Counted from the whole stretch's first letter, positions 1 through 12,071 are shown. The stretch is DNA of 61,799 nucleotides, filler included, from Sphacelaria rigidula (GCA_964200075.2; 10 parts of 10 records of this genome joined end to end with filler, not necessarily neighbours in it); one strand, 5' to 3'. Notes: generated by a model not told the origin, from the letters alone. Numbers and translations: made by a program.

Positions 1-40
1 AACACACCACGGCGCTTCGCGCTTGGTGGTTGATTGCGAG

Positions 41-160
41 CCTGGCCCGGCGAAGACCCGGCGTGGTCCGTCCCGGCTTTGTAGGGATGGGAGGTCAATG
101 GCCTCATGACTATGGCATGCAGAATCATGGGTGCAACCCCCCCACCCCCCCCCACCCCCG
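41..160 (+). mobile_element. 3' end of C-tailed non-LTR repeat, family B
   Basis: CGTCCCGGCTTTGTAGGGATG..GGTCAATGG..CATGGGTGCAA followed by a C-rich run. Homologous copies at 3313-3425(-), 4230-4580(-), 5920-6034(+), 49530-49600(-) and 50110-50305(+). Confidence 0.65.
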
Positions 161-186
161 AATTCTGGGGATGAAAAAAAAGTCAC

Positions 187-1454
187 CTCGAGCCGTGACC
201 ATGGTAGCCGTAGGCCCAATTGTTCGCTGCTCCTCCTTGAGCATGGCAGCACACCTGCGTGCCGCTATCGTAGCTCCACCCACCCTGTCCCGTCGCTCCG
301 CCCCCCGGTTGTCCCCTGCCCCCACCCCCTGCCTCACGGCCAAGATATCGGGATTGCTGCGCACCGTCATCTCGCACGCTTTTCCCCGCGTCGGCAACGA
401 TTTGCTGGATGACCTTCGGTTCTGTGTCGACGATGACGGCTCTGGCCGTCCTGCCGTTATTCCGAAAAAAAGATCTTCGACACGCCGCGGCCGCGGCGGG
501 CGGAGCAGAAGGGTGGCCGTCGTGGTTGCTGCGAGAAGGGTCATCATCTGATCTCGTTCGGTGGGAATTGATTGGCGGCAGTTGACGGCAACGGGCGGTG
601 TCTCTGCGTTATTGCACATTTATAATTATACTCATGATACGGTCACAACAAGTAAAGACGTGCTGCACGTACATACATACTTACACACTGGCTAAAAAAC
701 AAAATCGGTACGAAAAACACATATACACATATACCGAAGAACGAACACTACAGTAGTGGGCGGTGCAACAATTCACTTTGTGGCATTTTGTGATTTTTCG
801 TGATTGGCAATTTTCTTGGGCTCTTTTCGCTCGCCACCCCTTATCACATCGGGGATCTGAAGATATTTGTATCCGCTTCACATTCCCAAAAGAAAAAATC
901 ATCTGTACTCAATATTGAGTGACTTACGGGCTGAGCAGTCATCGGGGGTCCTGCCACGTTTCAGCCCAGATTTTTACTCTCCTGTATTTCCGGCCGATCG
1001 AGCCCGTCCCGATCATATTTGTAAAGGAATGTACAGTTATATTTTTCTGATATTCTGCCTACTCGGTGCAGTAGGGCCAAAAAACTGTGTTTCACCGGTC
1101 AATCACACCCTCCTGATAAACGGGGTATTTACTCGTTTTGCCCGATAACACCAACATACACTGACTTGAGCACTGTGTTTCGAGGATGATTTGTTGTGTT
1201 GCACCAAAATCGACCGACGCTAGCAATTTCGACTTCTATCGAAGAGTGGTACCCGAGGAAAGCCCCCAAACACCCCTAAATAGTTTGACCGCCCACTTCT
1301 GTATTTGCGTGAAAATCGGCGTATATGTAGTCGTACATACTTAACTGTTGTTGCCGCGAGCTGTCGCGAAGGTGCAGTGCTGGTGGAGGGTGTTGAAGAG
1401 ACTGGCGCCGAGCTGGTTTCCGCACTGACCCACTTGTACCGTCACCACCGACAT
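187..1454 (-). CDS. TUBD1: Delta-tubulin, first two coding exons (1454..1346, 547..187); gene continues beyond the contig start
   Basis: Exon 1 reads MSVVTVQVGQCGNQLGASLFNTL... from ATG 1454. Exon 2 reads ...SFFRNNGRTARAVIVDTEPKVIQQ...WSYDSGTQVCCHAQGGAANNWAYGYHGHGS, matching delta-tubulin motifs (MSxVTVQxGQCGNQ, ARAVxVDxEPKVI, NNWAYGY). The phase-1 donor GT at 1345 fits the CAG acceptor before 547. Donor AG|GTGACT at 186. Confidence 0.93.
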
Positions 1455-2233
1455 TTTTGTCGCCTCTCTTTTATTCACCCGCCTGTTCGCCACCGCCGCA
1501 CGACGAACACCCGGTCGCCAACGCCGGTCGTTGACGGCAACAATCAGAGTGCACGATCACAAGGGGAGGACTTGTATTTCTCGATCTGCCGCGTCCGGGT
1601 GGCCGGTCTGTTATGACTACAATACATCTTGAAACTATTATTAGGGGCGCGGGGGGAGGTTGACGGTTCGAATGTCCCTCAGCAGATAGATACCTTTTTG
1701 TTTTTATATTTTATTTCATTTTATTTCGAGGAGTAAGTAGTATCCGATTTCGCTGTCCTTGGCCAGCGTCAGGAGTCAGTCGTGAGCAGCGAAAGAAATA
1801 TTGAATTTAAATTGACGCGCGGCGCGAGAGTAGGTATCCAACCCGTGATGATACCGAGGTGTGGGTGGGTTGATCCTTCCAGACTGCAGTTCCGTCCTGT
1901 GGAATGAGAGCGATTAACGAAACAACGACAAAACGTGTGTGTGTGTGTGTGTTGGTGTGTGTGTTGTGTTGTTATCCCATCTATTATTATTGTGGGCGCC
2001 GGACACTTTCTACGATAGCCCCCCCCGCCGAAACCAGCCCAAAAGTGCCACGACAAAAATGACCATACAGCGAGCGCCTGATGTTCGGCTTCAGGCTGCA
2101 TGAAGCACCCTATATTAACGACATTGCCGAGAACTAACCTAAGCGTGGGAATTCTCGGCTGCTCGTTGTGCTCGGCTCTCTCCATTTCGATTTACGTGAA
2201 CATTTTTCCTCTCCAAACCAGGTATTTTTTTTT

Positions 2234-2310
2234 GGGGGGGGGGCGTACTCATTTGTTGCTTGCCTTAGTCGTTTGACCATTGACCACGCATCCCTTTCGA
2301 GACGGAGCAC
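2234..2310 (-). mobile_element. 5'-truncated 3' end of C-tailed LINE, family A
   Basis: G-run + CGTACTCATTTGTTGCTTGCCTTAGTCGTTTGACC...GAGACGGAGCAC, nearly identical to the 3' end of the LINE at 12452-12532. Confidence 0.8.
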
Positions 2311-2385
2311 AGCATTTTGGAGGGGGGCTGGGGCTATCGTAGAAAGTGTCGCCAGCCTACCCTAACCCTACCGGTACACATGAGA

Positions 2386-2693
2386 GCATCAGCCGGGGGG
2401 TCACACAGGAGGAAGGGTTAACAACACAGGAGTTTTTTGTTTAATCGTTTTTGTTTTTCTAGTGCTCCACCTAGTCCTTCTGCGGCGCTTGCCTTATTTC
2501 TTATCGCCAGGAGAAAGGGTTTAGCAGCCCTTTTTTTTTATTTACCCTAGTCGACCGTGAAAATCGAACCTTGGGTACCTACCCGCGACATGGTAATAAA
2601 CTTTCCATTTTGTGTTGAGCATGAAGTGAGAAAACAAAACAAACCAGATCGCGTGACTTTCGCCGAGATTCGAACCCACGCATCAACCGTTAC
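2386..2693 (-). mobile_element. tRNA-derived SINE family 1, degenerate copy
   Basis: Shares the GTCACACAGGAGGAAGG..CCTTCTGCGG..GTCGACC body and the GAGATTCGAACCCACG (reverse B box) with the copy at 51398-51758. Confidence 0.7.
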
Positions 2694-2699
2694 AGCATG

Positions 2700-2815
2700 G
2701 TTGATTGGTTCTTTTATTGATCAATTGATCGTGGCACTTTAACTGACCCCTCCCCTCGGGATCCAGCCGTGGTCACGTGATAGACGTGCCCAAGAAAAAC
2801 AAGACTGAAACACGC
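2700..2815 (-). mobile_element. 3' end of RTE-like LINE with (CAAT)n tail
   Basis: Reverse complement of the terminus at ~4105-4215 (GACCACGGCTGGA..GGGTCAGT.AAAGTGC..CAATCAA). Another copy at ~54555-54640(-). Confidence 0.65.
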
Positions 2816-2967
2816 GCTGAAGAAAAAAGAAGAAACAGAAAGAAAAAAAAAAAGTCGAACATAACGGCATGGTTGTTGTCAAAAATGGCACGTTACCGGT
2901 CAACCTAGGCGAATTATTGGGTTCGTCGGTTCGAAACCCGATAGTACAGGAATGGTCGCGCTTTCAC

Positions 2968-3297
2968 ACTGGTGCCCGTTGTGGAAAGGGTGTGGAAGTG
3001 TGAGCCAACAAGAAGATTCGACGGGAAAAAACTAGGCCAACAGCTGAGGAAGCGCTAATAAAATCAATGTGCGGCAATACATCGTCAAGAGCTTAACGAC
3101 GGGAAAAAATGGGTTCGTCTCAGGAGAGTATACACTGGTGCCCGTTTTGGAAAGGGTGCGGAAGTGTGAGCCAACAAGAAGATTCGACGGGAGAAACTAG
3201 ACCAAGAGCTGCGAAAATGCTGAGGCAATTCATGTGCGGCGATAAATCGTCAAGAGGGTAACGATGGGGAAAGATGGGTTTGTCTCCGGAGAGTATG
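2968..3297. repeat. Diverged tandem duplication, two units of ~165 bp
   Basis: Both units start CACTGGTGCCCGTT.TGGAAAGGGTG.GGAAGTGTGAGCCAACAAGAAGATTCGACGGGA and end GGAGAGTAT. Confidence 0.85.
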
Positions 3298-3424
3298 AAA
3301 TCGTTCCCGACAAGGGGAGAGGGAGTGAACCTCATGATCATGCATATGTCGTAGTCATGAGACCTTTGACCTCGCATCCCTACAAGGCCGGGACGGAGGA
3401 CGCCGGGCCTTTTGCTGGACCAGG

Positions 3425-4215
3425 AGAACGTACTTGCGCTAGGGGCTGTCCCGCACAAAGGAGCCCAACAGGAGTGGTTCGTCTACGGTGGAGAGGTTGA
3501 CGATGCATACGATTGGGTCACTGCGGCGAAGAACATGGGCAAATGGCATATTGGGGTCGAAAAGGGAGCGAAAGAGTTTGTGGACACGTGGCGACGCGCG
3601 GACAAGCGAGAATCAGACCACCGTCACAAGCGAGAGGCTGCTGCGTCGAGGGCTGCCAATCGAAGAGTCCTGTCTTCTCGTATCGGTTGTTGATTATGTC
3701 CTCAGTCGGTGGCTCTGCGGTGCCCACTGGTGTGTATCTGTATCTACTCTGCTGCCCTGAACGAACCCCTTGGGCTTTTTCCTTTTCCGTTTTTTTTCTT
3801 CCAATCATATTATTTTATTTTATCTTATTGTATTTGCTCTTTACTTTCCTCTTCTTTTTGTTTTTCTTGTTTCAGGTCGGCCATTTTCTTTCTGTGCTTT
3901 GCTTTTGTTGACTTTTTTTCTCCCTATTATTATTATTTTCACATTTTCGTCTACTATGCCGTTCTGTTCGACTTTTTTTTTTTTTTTTTTTTTTTCCTTT
4001 TTTTTTTTTTTTTGTGTTGTTTGTTTTTTTTTTTTTTTTTTTGTTTTTTTTTATTTTGTTCGTCTTTTTTTTTTTTTTCTTTCTGTTCCTTCTTTTTTCT
4101 TCAGAGCGAGTGGTTTAGTTTTGTTTTTGTTGGGTAAATTACGTCTACCATGAGACCACGGCTGGACCCCCGGGGGGTCAGTCAAAGTGCGGCAATCAAT
4201 CAATCAATCAATCAA
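3425..4215 (+). mobile_element. RTE-like LINE 3' fragment (ORF C-terminus, pyrimidine-rich 3'UTR, CAAT tail)
   Basis: DWVTAAKNMGKWHIGVEKG resembles the RTE C-terminal W..AxxRxxW helix. Paralogous peptide at 36267-36530. Ends in (CAAT)n at 4193-4215. Confidence 0.65.
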
Positions 4216-5182
4216 AATGAAGACTCGCTATCACGAAGCGTGAAGCGCCGCGATGTGTGTTCGGCGAGTCGAGTGAAGGGTGAGCTAGCTGCATCCTGCT
4301 CAGATTGTGTCGGCCCGAAGCGTACTGATTATCTCGCATATGGATAACAGTCTCGAATGAGTTGCTCCATTTTCGACCTCGCATTCCTACAAGCCCGGGA
4401 CGGAATACGCCGGGCCTTTTGCCGGACCAGACCCGCGATCGATCACCAGGCGTGAAGCGCCGTGATGTGTGTTCGGCGAGTCGAATGAAGGGTGAGTTGC
4501 ATCCTGCTAAGATTGTGTCGGTCCGGAGCGTACTGATTATCTCGCATATGGATAACAGTCTCGAATGAGTTGCTTCATTTTCTGGTCTCGCCACTTCCAG
4601 AGAGCCACGGGTTCCACACTGCCTCATGGGTGTCTCACCACTGAAAGACTGTATTACGATTATCCCCACTGTGCGGAGTTGAGGTTCTCCCACCCTATAC
4701 ACTATAATGTAGCTCGACCACCATGATGGTTACCGCAAACAAAAACGCGATGCCTAGCTTACGCAGTGAGTGGCGTGTTTTGCAGCTTAATCGCCAACCA
4801 ACCCCAACCCTCTCAGGGGGAACAGGAGAGAGGGGGGGGTGAAAGTTCCAAAAAAGAAAAGAAAAAAAGAGGAGAGAGAGAGTTCAATTCTAGAATGCAC
4901 AAGAGTTCAGTAGTTCAAAAACAGACAGTGAGCTCCAAAATCTCGGACTTCATCGCACCGCACCAACGCGCCTCCTGCGAAGCAATAGACTTTCTCTCCG
5001 GAAAAATAATCGGACATGTTGCTCTGTACTAAGATTATTTGGTTCATTGTCGCACAACAGCTGATTTGATCTCCCAGGACCGAAGCTCACAAGAGAAGGG
5101 TGGCGCGTGCACTGCTGCGCCAAGTTGACGGGGGATATTTTGTGGGTTCGACTTCCTCACTGCCTTGAGCAATAACGATTTC

Positions 5183-5504
5183 CACAGGCACCGTAGGTAA
5201 GGTACCGTACCGAGCGTACCGTGGTATGGGTAGGTATCGTAGGTATGGCATTTCAAAATACCGGATTGGGCGGGTACGGTAGGTATTGAAATCTCGAGAT
5301 ACCCTGGTATCGTAGGTATCGTAGGTATGAGTTTTAACAATACCGGATTTGGCGGGTACGGTAGGTACTGAAATCTGGAAATACCCTGGTATCGTAGGTA
5401 TCGTAGGTATGACATTTCAAAATACCGGAGTGGACGGGTATCGGTAGGGTATGAGATATCCCAAATACCGGTACCCGGTACCTACCTTACCTACGGTGCC
5501 TGTG
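5183..5504. mobile_element. MITE with ~22-bp TIRs and internal ~79-bp tandem units
   Basis: CACAGGCACCGTAGGTAAGGTA ... TACCTTACCTACGGTGCCTGTG. Internal repeated AATACCGGA..CGGGTACGGTAGGTA..GGTATCGTAGGTATCGTAGGTATG. No clear TSD. Confidence 0.75.
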
Positions 5505-5699
5505 AAGCCTTCCGAACGATCGAGGCGCCTACCCCATGTGACCGTCACACAGTGGATGCTCTAGTGGAGCCTCCGGGGGAATCGGCACACGAATTCCTTC
5601 TCGGGGTATGTGGGTTGGATGTGAGGTTTCCACCTTCCTTCAAGGGAAAAAAATAAAAAATAAAAGGTGAGCGTCATCTGATTCATCCGCTACGAGTCC

Positions 5700-5915
5700 C
5701 CGAGGTGGTCGCATCATACAACGAAACAGAAGGGGAAAAGATGTGTAAGAGGTGTTCTCGTAACGCGTGAATGAAAGAAACGTTATAAACGCCCAATTGT
5801 TGGAGGCGTCTCTCTTTTAGAGAGTAGAAAAGGGGTGCTCCGTCTCGAGAGGGATGTGTGGCCAATGGTCAAATGACTAAGGCAAGCAACAAATGACACC
5901 CCCCCCCCCCCCCCC
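5700..5915 (+). mobile_element. 3' fragment of C-tailed LINE, family A
   Basis: Homologous to the LINE C-terminal region around 12467-12960 (minus the SINE inserted there); ends AAATGACA + long C-run. Confidence 0.75.
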
Positions 5916-5919
5916 TTGA

Positions 5920-6034
5920 GTCTGGTCTGGCGAAAACTCGGCGTGCTCCGTCCCGGCTTTGTAGGGATGCGAGGTCAATGGTCGTACGACTATGACTATG
6001 ACATGCATGATCATGAGTACACGCCCCCCCCCCC
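5920..6034 (+). mobile_element. 3' end of C-tailed family B, abutting the family A C-run
   Basis: GTGCTCCGTCCCGGCTTTGTAGGGATGCGAGGTCAATGGTCG...ATGAGTACACG + C-run. Confidence 0.7.
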
Positions 6035-6091
6035 TGGCGACACCATTAACCACGCCCCGCAATGCGTAACATAAGCAAACACAGTACCAAT

Positions 6092-6191
6092 NNNNNNNNN
6101 NNNNNNNNNNNNNNNNNNNNNNNNNNNNNNNNNNNTTAATTAATTAANNNNNNNNNNNNNNNNNNNNNNNNNNNNNNNNNNNNNNNNNNNN
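6092..6191. other. Artificial contig linker
   Basis: N44-TTAATTAATTAA-N44 (stop codons in all six frames). Confidence 0.99.
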
Positions 6192-6215
6192 GGCCATTTA
6201 CCTCACGTCCCCTGC

Positions 6216-9200
6216 ATGTTTCGATATACTCAACGGTCAGTTGTTGGGTTATGCTCAAGCGCCTCTCATACGAACCACCCTGTCAGATGTGTGCCCCCGG
6301 CGGACAACAACTTGCCGACCAACCCCCCGAAATACACGGGCCCCCCTCCGCTACACATGCCTGACCCCATGGTGATGACAAATCCACCGTATGCGCCTGG
6401 CCCTCAACCCTCAACTGCATTACTGGATAGATTTTCTCCAGAACAACGCGCCAGTTTTCCCCCTCACTTACGGCATATTGTTTTTGATCTATCTGGCGAT
6501 GGTTGGACACCCACTGTAATGGATAGATTGAGATCCATCTTGATTAGATATTCTGAACGGTTTTCTACTGCATCCTTGGGTTTAGGTCGATGTACCACGA
6601 CACCGTTGAAGATCAAGATTCCTGATGGCACTCCTCCTATCGCTATGCGTCCGTACCGTATGAACCCCCTCTTAGCGGATAAGATCCAGGTAATTCTCGA
6701 TGGTTACCTATCCGCCGGTTTAATTCGGCACTCGAAGTCTCCGTGAGCCTCGCCTTTAGTAGTCATCCGTATGAAGAATGGCAAAACCAGACTGACGGTC
6801 AGTTATCAACGATTGAACGCTGTCACCAAAATCGCCCGGCTGCCACTTCCACGGATTGATGAAATTATTGACTCTCTTGGCGGGGATAAAGTATTTTCAA
6901 ACTGTGACATGCAGTCCAGCTACCACCAGCTCGTGATGGATTCAAATTCCATTGAACTGACAGCGTTTCGCACGCCATCAGGTTTATACGAGTGGCTGGT
7001 TACACCGCAAGGTGCCGCGGCAGCTCCAGGTGCGTTTCAACGTGTAATGTTCCATGTAACTGATGGATTGCCCAAATGCCATATGTACCTTGATGATGCG
7101 GTGTGCCACGACTCCACACCGGCTGAACACGTCGAACAGTTGGTATCATTCTTTAATCGGTTTGAACAACACAACTTGAAACTCGCCCCCTCCAAATCCC
7201 GCATTGGCGCCACGAAGATTGACTTATAGGGTCATTGCATCACCCCCGAAGGTCATATCCCAAACCGCGACAAGGTTGTCGCACTCTCCGATATGCCCAT
7301 ACCACGGACATTTCTTCACTACGTTCCTTGCTGGGAGGTCTAAGCTACTACAGACAGTACTTGCCAAACCTTGCCCAAACGCTAAAACCCTTCATCACCC
7401 TCCTCAAAAAAGGAGTGAAATTTGTGTTCACATCGGAAATGGAAAAAACCGTGCGCCGCCTTCTTGACACCCTTTCGCGCCCGCCGATTCTCGTCTTCCC
7501 CGACTGGTCGGCCGCGGAGCAGGGTTCCCGCCCTTTCCGGCTCCACACAGATTCTTCCAAATTGGGTTTGGCTGCGCATTAGAACAGGAGAAAGTCGATG
7601 CTACTGTTCGTCTCATTGTCTATCTGAGTCGCACCACCTTTCCGAATGAACAGAATTGGTCTGTCATGGAACAAGAGGTCGGCGCAGTTGTTTGGGGCGT
7701 GCGACGTCTGCGTCAGTATTTGTATGACATCCCGTTTGTAATTGATACCGATCATAAGTCTTTGGAAAGCCTTGCCAAAATGGCGGAACACAATGCTAGG
7801 GTCCAACGCTGGTCCGAAATCCTGTCGTCTTACAACTTTCAACTGAAGTACCGCACAGGTCCCCAGAATGCATACGCCGACTTTTTGTCACGCTTACCCA
7901 CACCAGCTCAATCTACCGATGAATCCCCCATGGGACGTATCACCGATCCCACCGAAGACATCGTATATTTCATAAGCCCCGGTGGTGTAATAGTCCGACT
8001 GTCGCCATTAGGGTGGGGAGAACGGGGGTTCGATTCCCGATGCGTTGGGTGTTTCCTTTGTAATGTATGATTTCTATAGTGGAAAGCGTGAGAACTTGAG
8101 TGAACAAAATAGTCGACTGGGTTTGTGTGACGTGAGTTGACGCGGTGCGGGAGTGGCAATCCAATCCGCGAGATCAAAGTGAAAGGCACGTACCGGGGGA
8201 AAGATGGGTTGATCCCTTAAGACCACGGACTCATCCCAAGGAAGGAGAGGGGTTCAAAGTGCGAGGGAAAACAAATAAGAAAAAAATAAGAAAAATAAGC
8301 AGGAATGGACATAGAGGTCTCTACACACCATTTTTACTGAGAGAAACGCCGGCTTTAGGCATGGGTGGGCTGACGACCACAGCCCACGCATCAGTTCTGG
8401 GCAGCTTGCAACTTCAATCGTTGTATTCAGTTTGGAATGAACTGTCTACGAATACTGTTGGCTATGATCATTTTCGTGCGACTGGACAGCGCATGGTGTT
8501 CGCAGCAGGTGTAGAACCGTCCTTTGCTGACTCCGTTTTACCAGTTCAAGTTCGAGATTTGATTTCGAGTAGGACTCGTGGACGGCGAACCGCCGAAACG
8601 GCCACCAAATTAGCCGTATCTGGTCCTGACCTTCCTCTCCCTGCCCCCACCCCGGCCACCGATAGTTTCCTTGCGCCTCCGCAGCCTCCGCGACGCAAGG
8701 CCCCCAGAAAATCGTCCCCGACCGTGCTGTCCCTGCCAACCATAGCCGAAACCACGGCTGTGCCCCCCTCACTTGGTGATGATATTGCAAACACCACCAC
8801 AACACCCTCCACGCTAATCGACGCAGGAGTAGACGTTAACGTTCCGTCTGAGAGTACACCGACTGGTAGGCTCACCCTTGATTCCGAAACCACCGCTTCG
8901 TGCCAACCCCGCCCCGAACCGACCCAACACGAAGTAGACGCTTCAACAGATAGTGTATTCAAGGAACGTTTGACTCTCTTCTCCCACGCCGATTGGGCCC
9001 GGGAACAACAGGCAGAACCTGCTTGTAAATCAGCTATCCATTCCCTATCTAAAGGTTGCCCATGTCCATTCTCATAAACCAAATTCCTTTTGCCAGTCGG
9101 GACTCTCAAAGCGCCCACACAGGATGATGCTACTAAACTTCCAAGGAAAGGTATGCTACATACGGATGATGATGGTATAGTTCTGTTAGTTCGCCGGTCC

Positions 9201-10871
9201 ATAGCAGCCCTCCCCGGGGGGAAGCCTACAAGTCGATATGCCCGCTTGCTCGGTAATGAACCCATCCGCATCTATGTCCCGATGCTCCTGCGCCCATGGG
9301 TTCTACACGAATGTCATTCACAGGCATCGACTCATTTAGGCACCATTAGGACCTCCCAGATGTTGGGACGTTAGTATTGGTGGATTTATATGGATCAGTG
9401 TTGTCGTTGGTGGGTGAGGCATTGTCTTTTGTGTCAGGCGCGAAAAACTTCTTCTCAAACAGTTCGTTGGCCAATTGTTTCCATGCCACTCCCAAACGGA
9501 CCTGGTGAAGTAGTTTCGTGGGACTATTTTGGTCCTTTGCTCCTGACGGATAGTGGAAATAAGTACATTTTCTTGTTTACGGATAGATTTAGTCGACATG
9601 CGGTGATGCACGCCGTCCCCCCCAGTAGTTATACCGCGGACAGTACCGCCAACATTCTTGTCTACATGTACATCCCACAGTGGGGTGTGCCCAAACGCTT
9701 ACTGTCTGACAACGGCCCGCATTTTTCAGGCAAACTTTCAGCCGCCGTCAGTGACCATTTGGGTGCTCATCGTATTTTTACTAGTTCATACCACCCTTCC
9801 ACCGATGGTGGAACGGAACGAGTGAACCATACGATGGCACAGATGCTTGCTGCTGTAGAAAATGAGAGACAGATGAACTGGGACCTGCACCTGCCCCTTA
9901 TCCAAATGAACTACAACCATTCGGTCAATGCCGCTACGGGATTGTCGCCGAATGAAATTCATATCGGACGCATGCCTAGGTTACCTTTAATGGTATTCGA
10001 ACGCGAAAAAACAGGCGGACATCAGAGTCTAGATCGTGATGTTGTAGAGTATCATTTGTCGGTTAGCAATCGCCTTCGTCTTACATATGAAGTGGTACGA
10101 GAACAGAACCAAATCAATTTGGCCGAGGTGGCGAGGGCGAACTCGATGTTGGATGATGTGGTACATAACCGCCCGGTGTGGAAGGTAGGCGAATGGGCAT
10201 GAGTATACAACGATGTGAAGACCATCAATCAAGGGGCTAGCTCGAAATCATCGTCTTTGGACAAAATGTTGAAGGCGAAACCACTCCTGAATTGGATTGG
10301 TCCTTGGGAAATTTCAGCTGTTGGTCCAAGCGCTACCGCACCCGACAAGAGTCCGGTGGGGGCGAAACGTTTGTATTTAGATTTCCCCACGGATGAACCT
10401 GGTTTGAAACCGAAAAATCGCGTCTCGATGCTACGATGCAAACCGTGTATCCCCCTTCATGACTCCTCCAACATGTCCAAACAACTGCCGCTAGGGCTTA
10501 GCCAGTATGTGTTGACCAAGTATGCGATCAAAACTCCGCCGTATCATATGACGGTCGAGGTTGCGGACGCACCCCTGGATCGTGTTGAGGTAGATAGGAT
10601 TTCGGGCCATCAACTGGTTCGCGGTCGTGGAGGTAAGATAGCGAGAATGTATTAAACACATTGGAAGGGTATCATGCGTGTTACATGGAAGCGTGAAGTT
10701 GATTTACGTCACTTTCGTCGGGAAATATTGCTGCACTGGGTAGGAGATACCGTCCAACACCGCCCGTTGCATAAGAGATACCGGTCGATGCGCAAGGGAG
10801 CTGCCGCTCGGGAACTGGCACGTGAACACTCAGCGGGGTTTGTTGTGACAGGCTACAACCTTCTTGGCTGA
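6216..10871 (+). mobile_element. Decayed Ty3/Gypsy pol (RT, RNase H, integrase, chromodomain-like), with multiple stops and frameshifts
   Basis: RT: RPYRM..SP*ASP, LPRIDEI, CDMQSSYHQ, PQG, YLDD. RNase H: LHTDSSKLG, EQEVGAVVWG, TDHKSL, ADFLSR. Integrase: HECH..HLG..CLLCQ, WDYFGP, SDNGPHF, TERVN, WIGPW. Chromo-like: EVDRISGHQ..Y*THWKG..TW. The RT-RH-IN order is diagnostic of Gypsy. Confidence 0.95.
7976..8294 (+). mobile_element. tRNA-derived SINE family 2 inserted in Gypsy pol
   Basis: Head GCCCCGGTGGTGTAATAG (A box), GGTTCGATTCC (B box), (AAATAAG)n tail, ATAAG(C) duplicated at 7972 and 8295. Confidence 0.9.
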
Positions 10872-11571
10872 AACGTTTGACCCTACCTGCTTCGTACACA
10901 CGATAATCGCTCCCATTTATAAGGACGGTTACCACGTGTTGTTTTTCTGCATTATGTTGCGGGTATTTCCTTTTCGCTGTTGGCCAGCATGCGCCTGGTT
11001 TTGTATTTTTTTTTGTTTTGATTTCTGCGTCTATGTCGGGAATTTTGCCATTAGTGTCCCAACGTTCCTGACCCCCGAGTCTAGAACACTTGGTCTACTT
11101 TTTTTGCGAATCCTGCCGCGTGTGACCGACCTCGTTTATAGGAGGGTCACGGGTGATGCGACGCGATGATTGGTGATTGGTAAGTTACAACGAGGTCACC
11201 TCTGGCCGTGTCGTACATAGCGGTGTTGAAGAATTGTCATGAAAGTCGCGGTATAATCGGTTGCAAACACCTCCTCATACAGGACCATTACGTATCATAG
11301 TAAGGTAGATTGCTCTGCCGGAACTGTCCGTTCCGCCATGTCGATATTCGACCGTTGGTACAGCCTACGGGCTCAGAGTCCGCCACTCGCTATTGTTTTT
11401 ATCACTTTTTACCAGCTTTTTGCGTACAACTACCCGCCCCTGAAATCGGTCGGTGGTGTTTAGTTTTCATCAGGGATTATTGGACGAAGTAACGTGACGG
11501 TACGACCGGCTGTGGGTTTTTCTCCAGCTTGTGTTCGAGCCAGTCTCGTTTTAGTCCGAACGGGAAAATAC

Positions 11572-12053
11572 TGTGAGGAGCGGGATGCGTTGGTCCTCTC
11601 TGTCCTGTGTATTTGTCGTGGTTCAGAAATGTGGTGGGCGATCCGCCTCGGAACTACGTAGTAGGCCCGAAGGTTGTGTATTGTTCACTACATTTATTTT
11701 AACGTGTACGGACACCTGACCTCCCAAACCGGTCGGTTGTTTTCGTATTTCGTCGGGTGAGAAAAACAAAAGCTGTACGACTGGATTATCACCCAGACGT
11801 TTCAAGCAAGTTGTTGCTCTCACAAACATGTACCGACAATTAACTTCCGTCAACGAGTTTATTTTTCCGTATCATGCTATTTGTTTTTTTTATCAACGTA
11901 TGGTTTCCGCAACTACCTTTTTCGCGACGAAATCGGCTGTACGTTGCTGGCTTTTGCTGATTGACTGGGACGAGTGATTAGCATGAACTTGGTCATCGGA
12001 GTGATAAAACGCCTTGGCGGGCTTGCTTGTTTTTCTACTAAGGACCTATAACA
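11572..12053 (+). mobile_element. Putative 3' LTR of the Gypsy element
   Basis: TGT...ACA termini, a purine-rich GAACGGGAAAA just upstream, position downstream of pol. No second LTR available to confirm. Confidence 0.35.
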
Positions 12054-12071
12054 AATCAGACATCCGCAAAA

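Noticed and set aside
3709..4153. Phe-rich ORFs
   Set aside because: T-homopolymer-rich LINE 3'UTR, possibly low-quality consensus.
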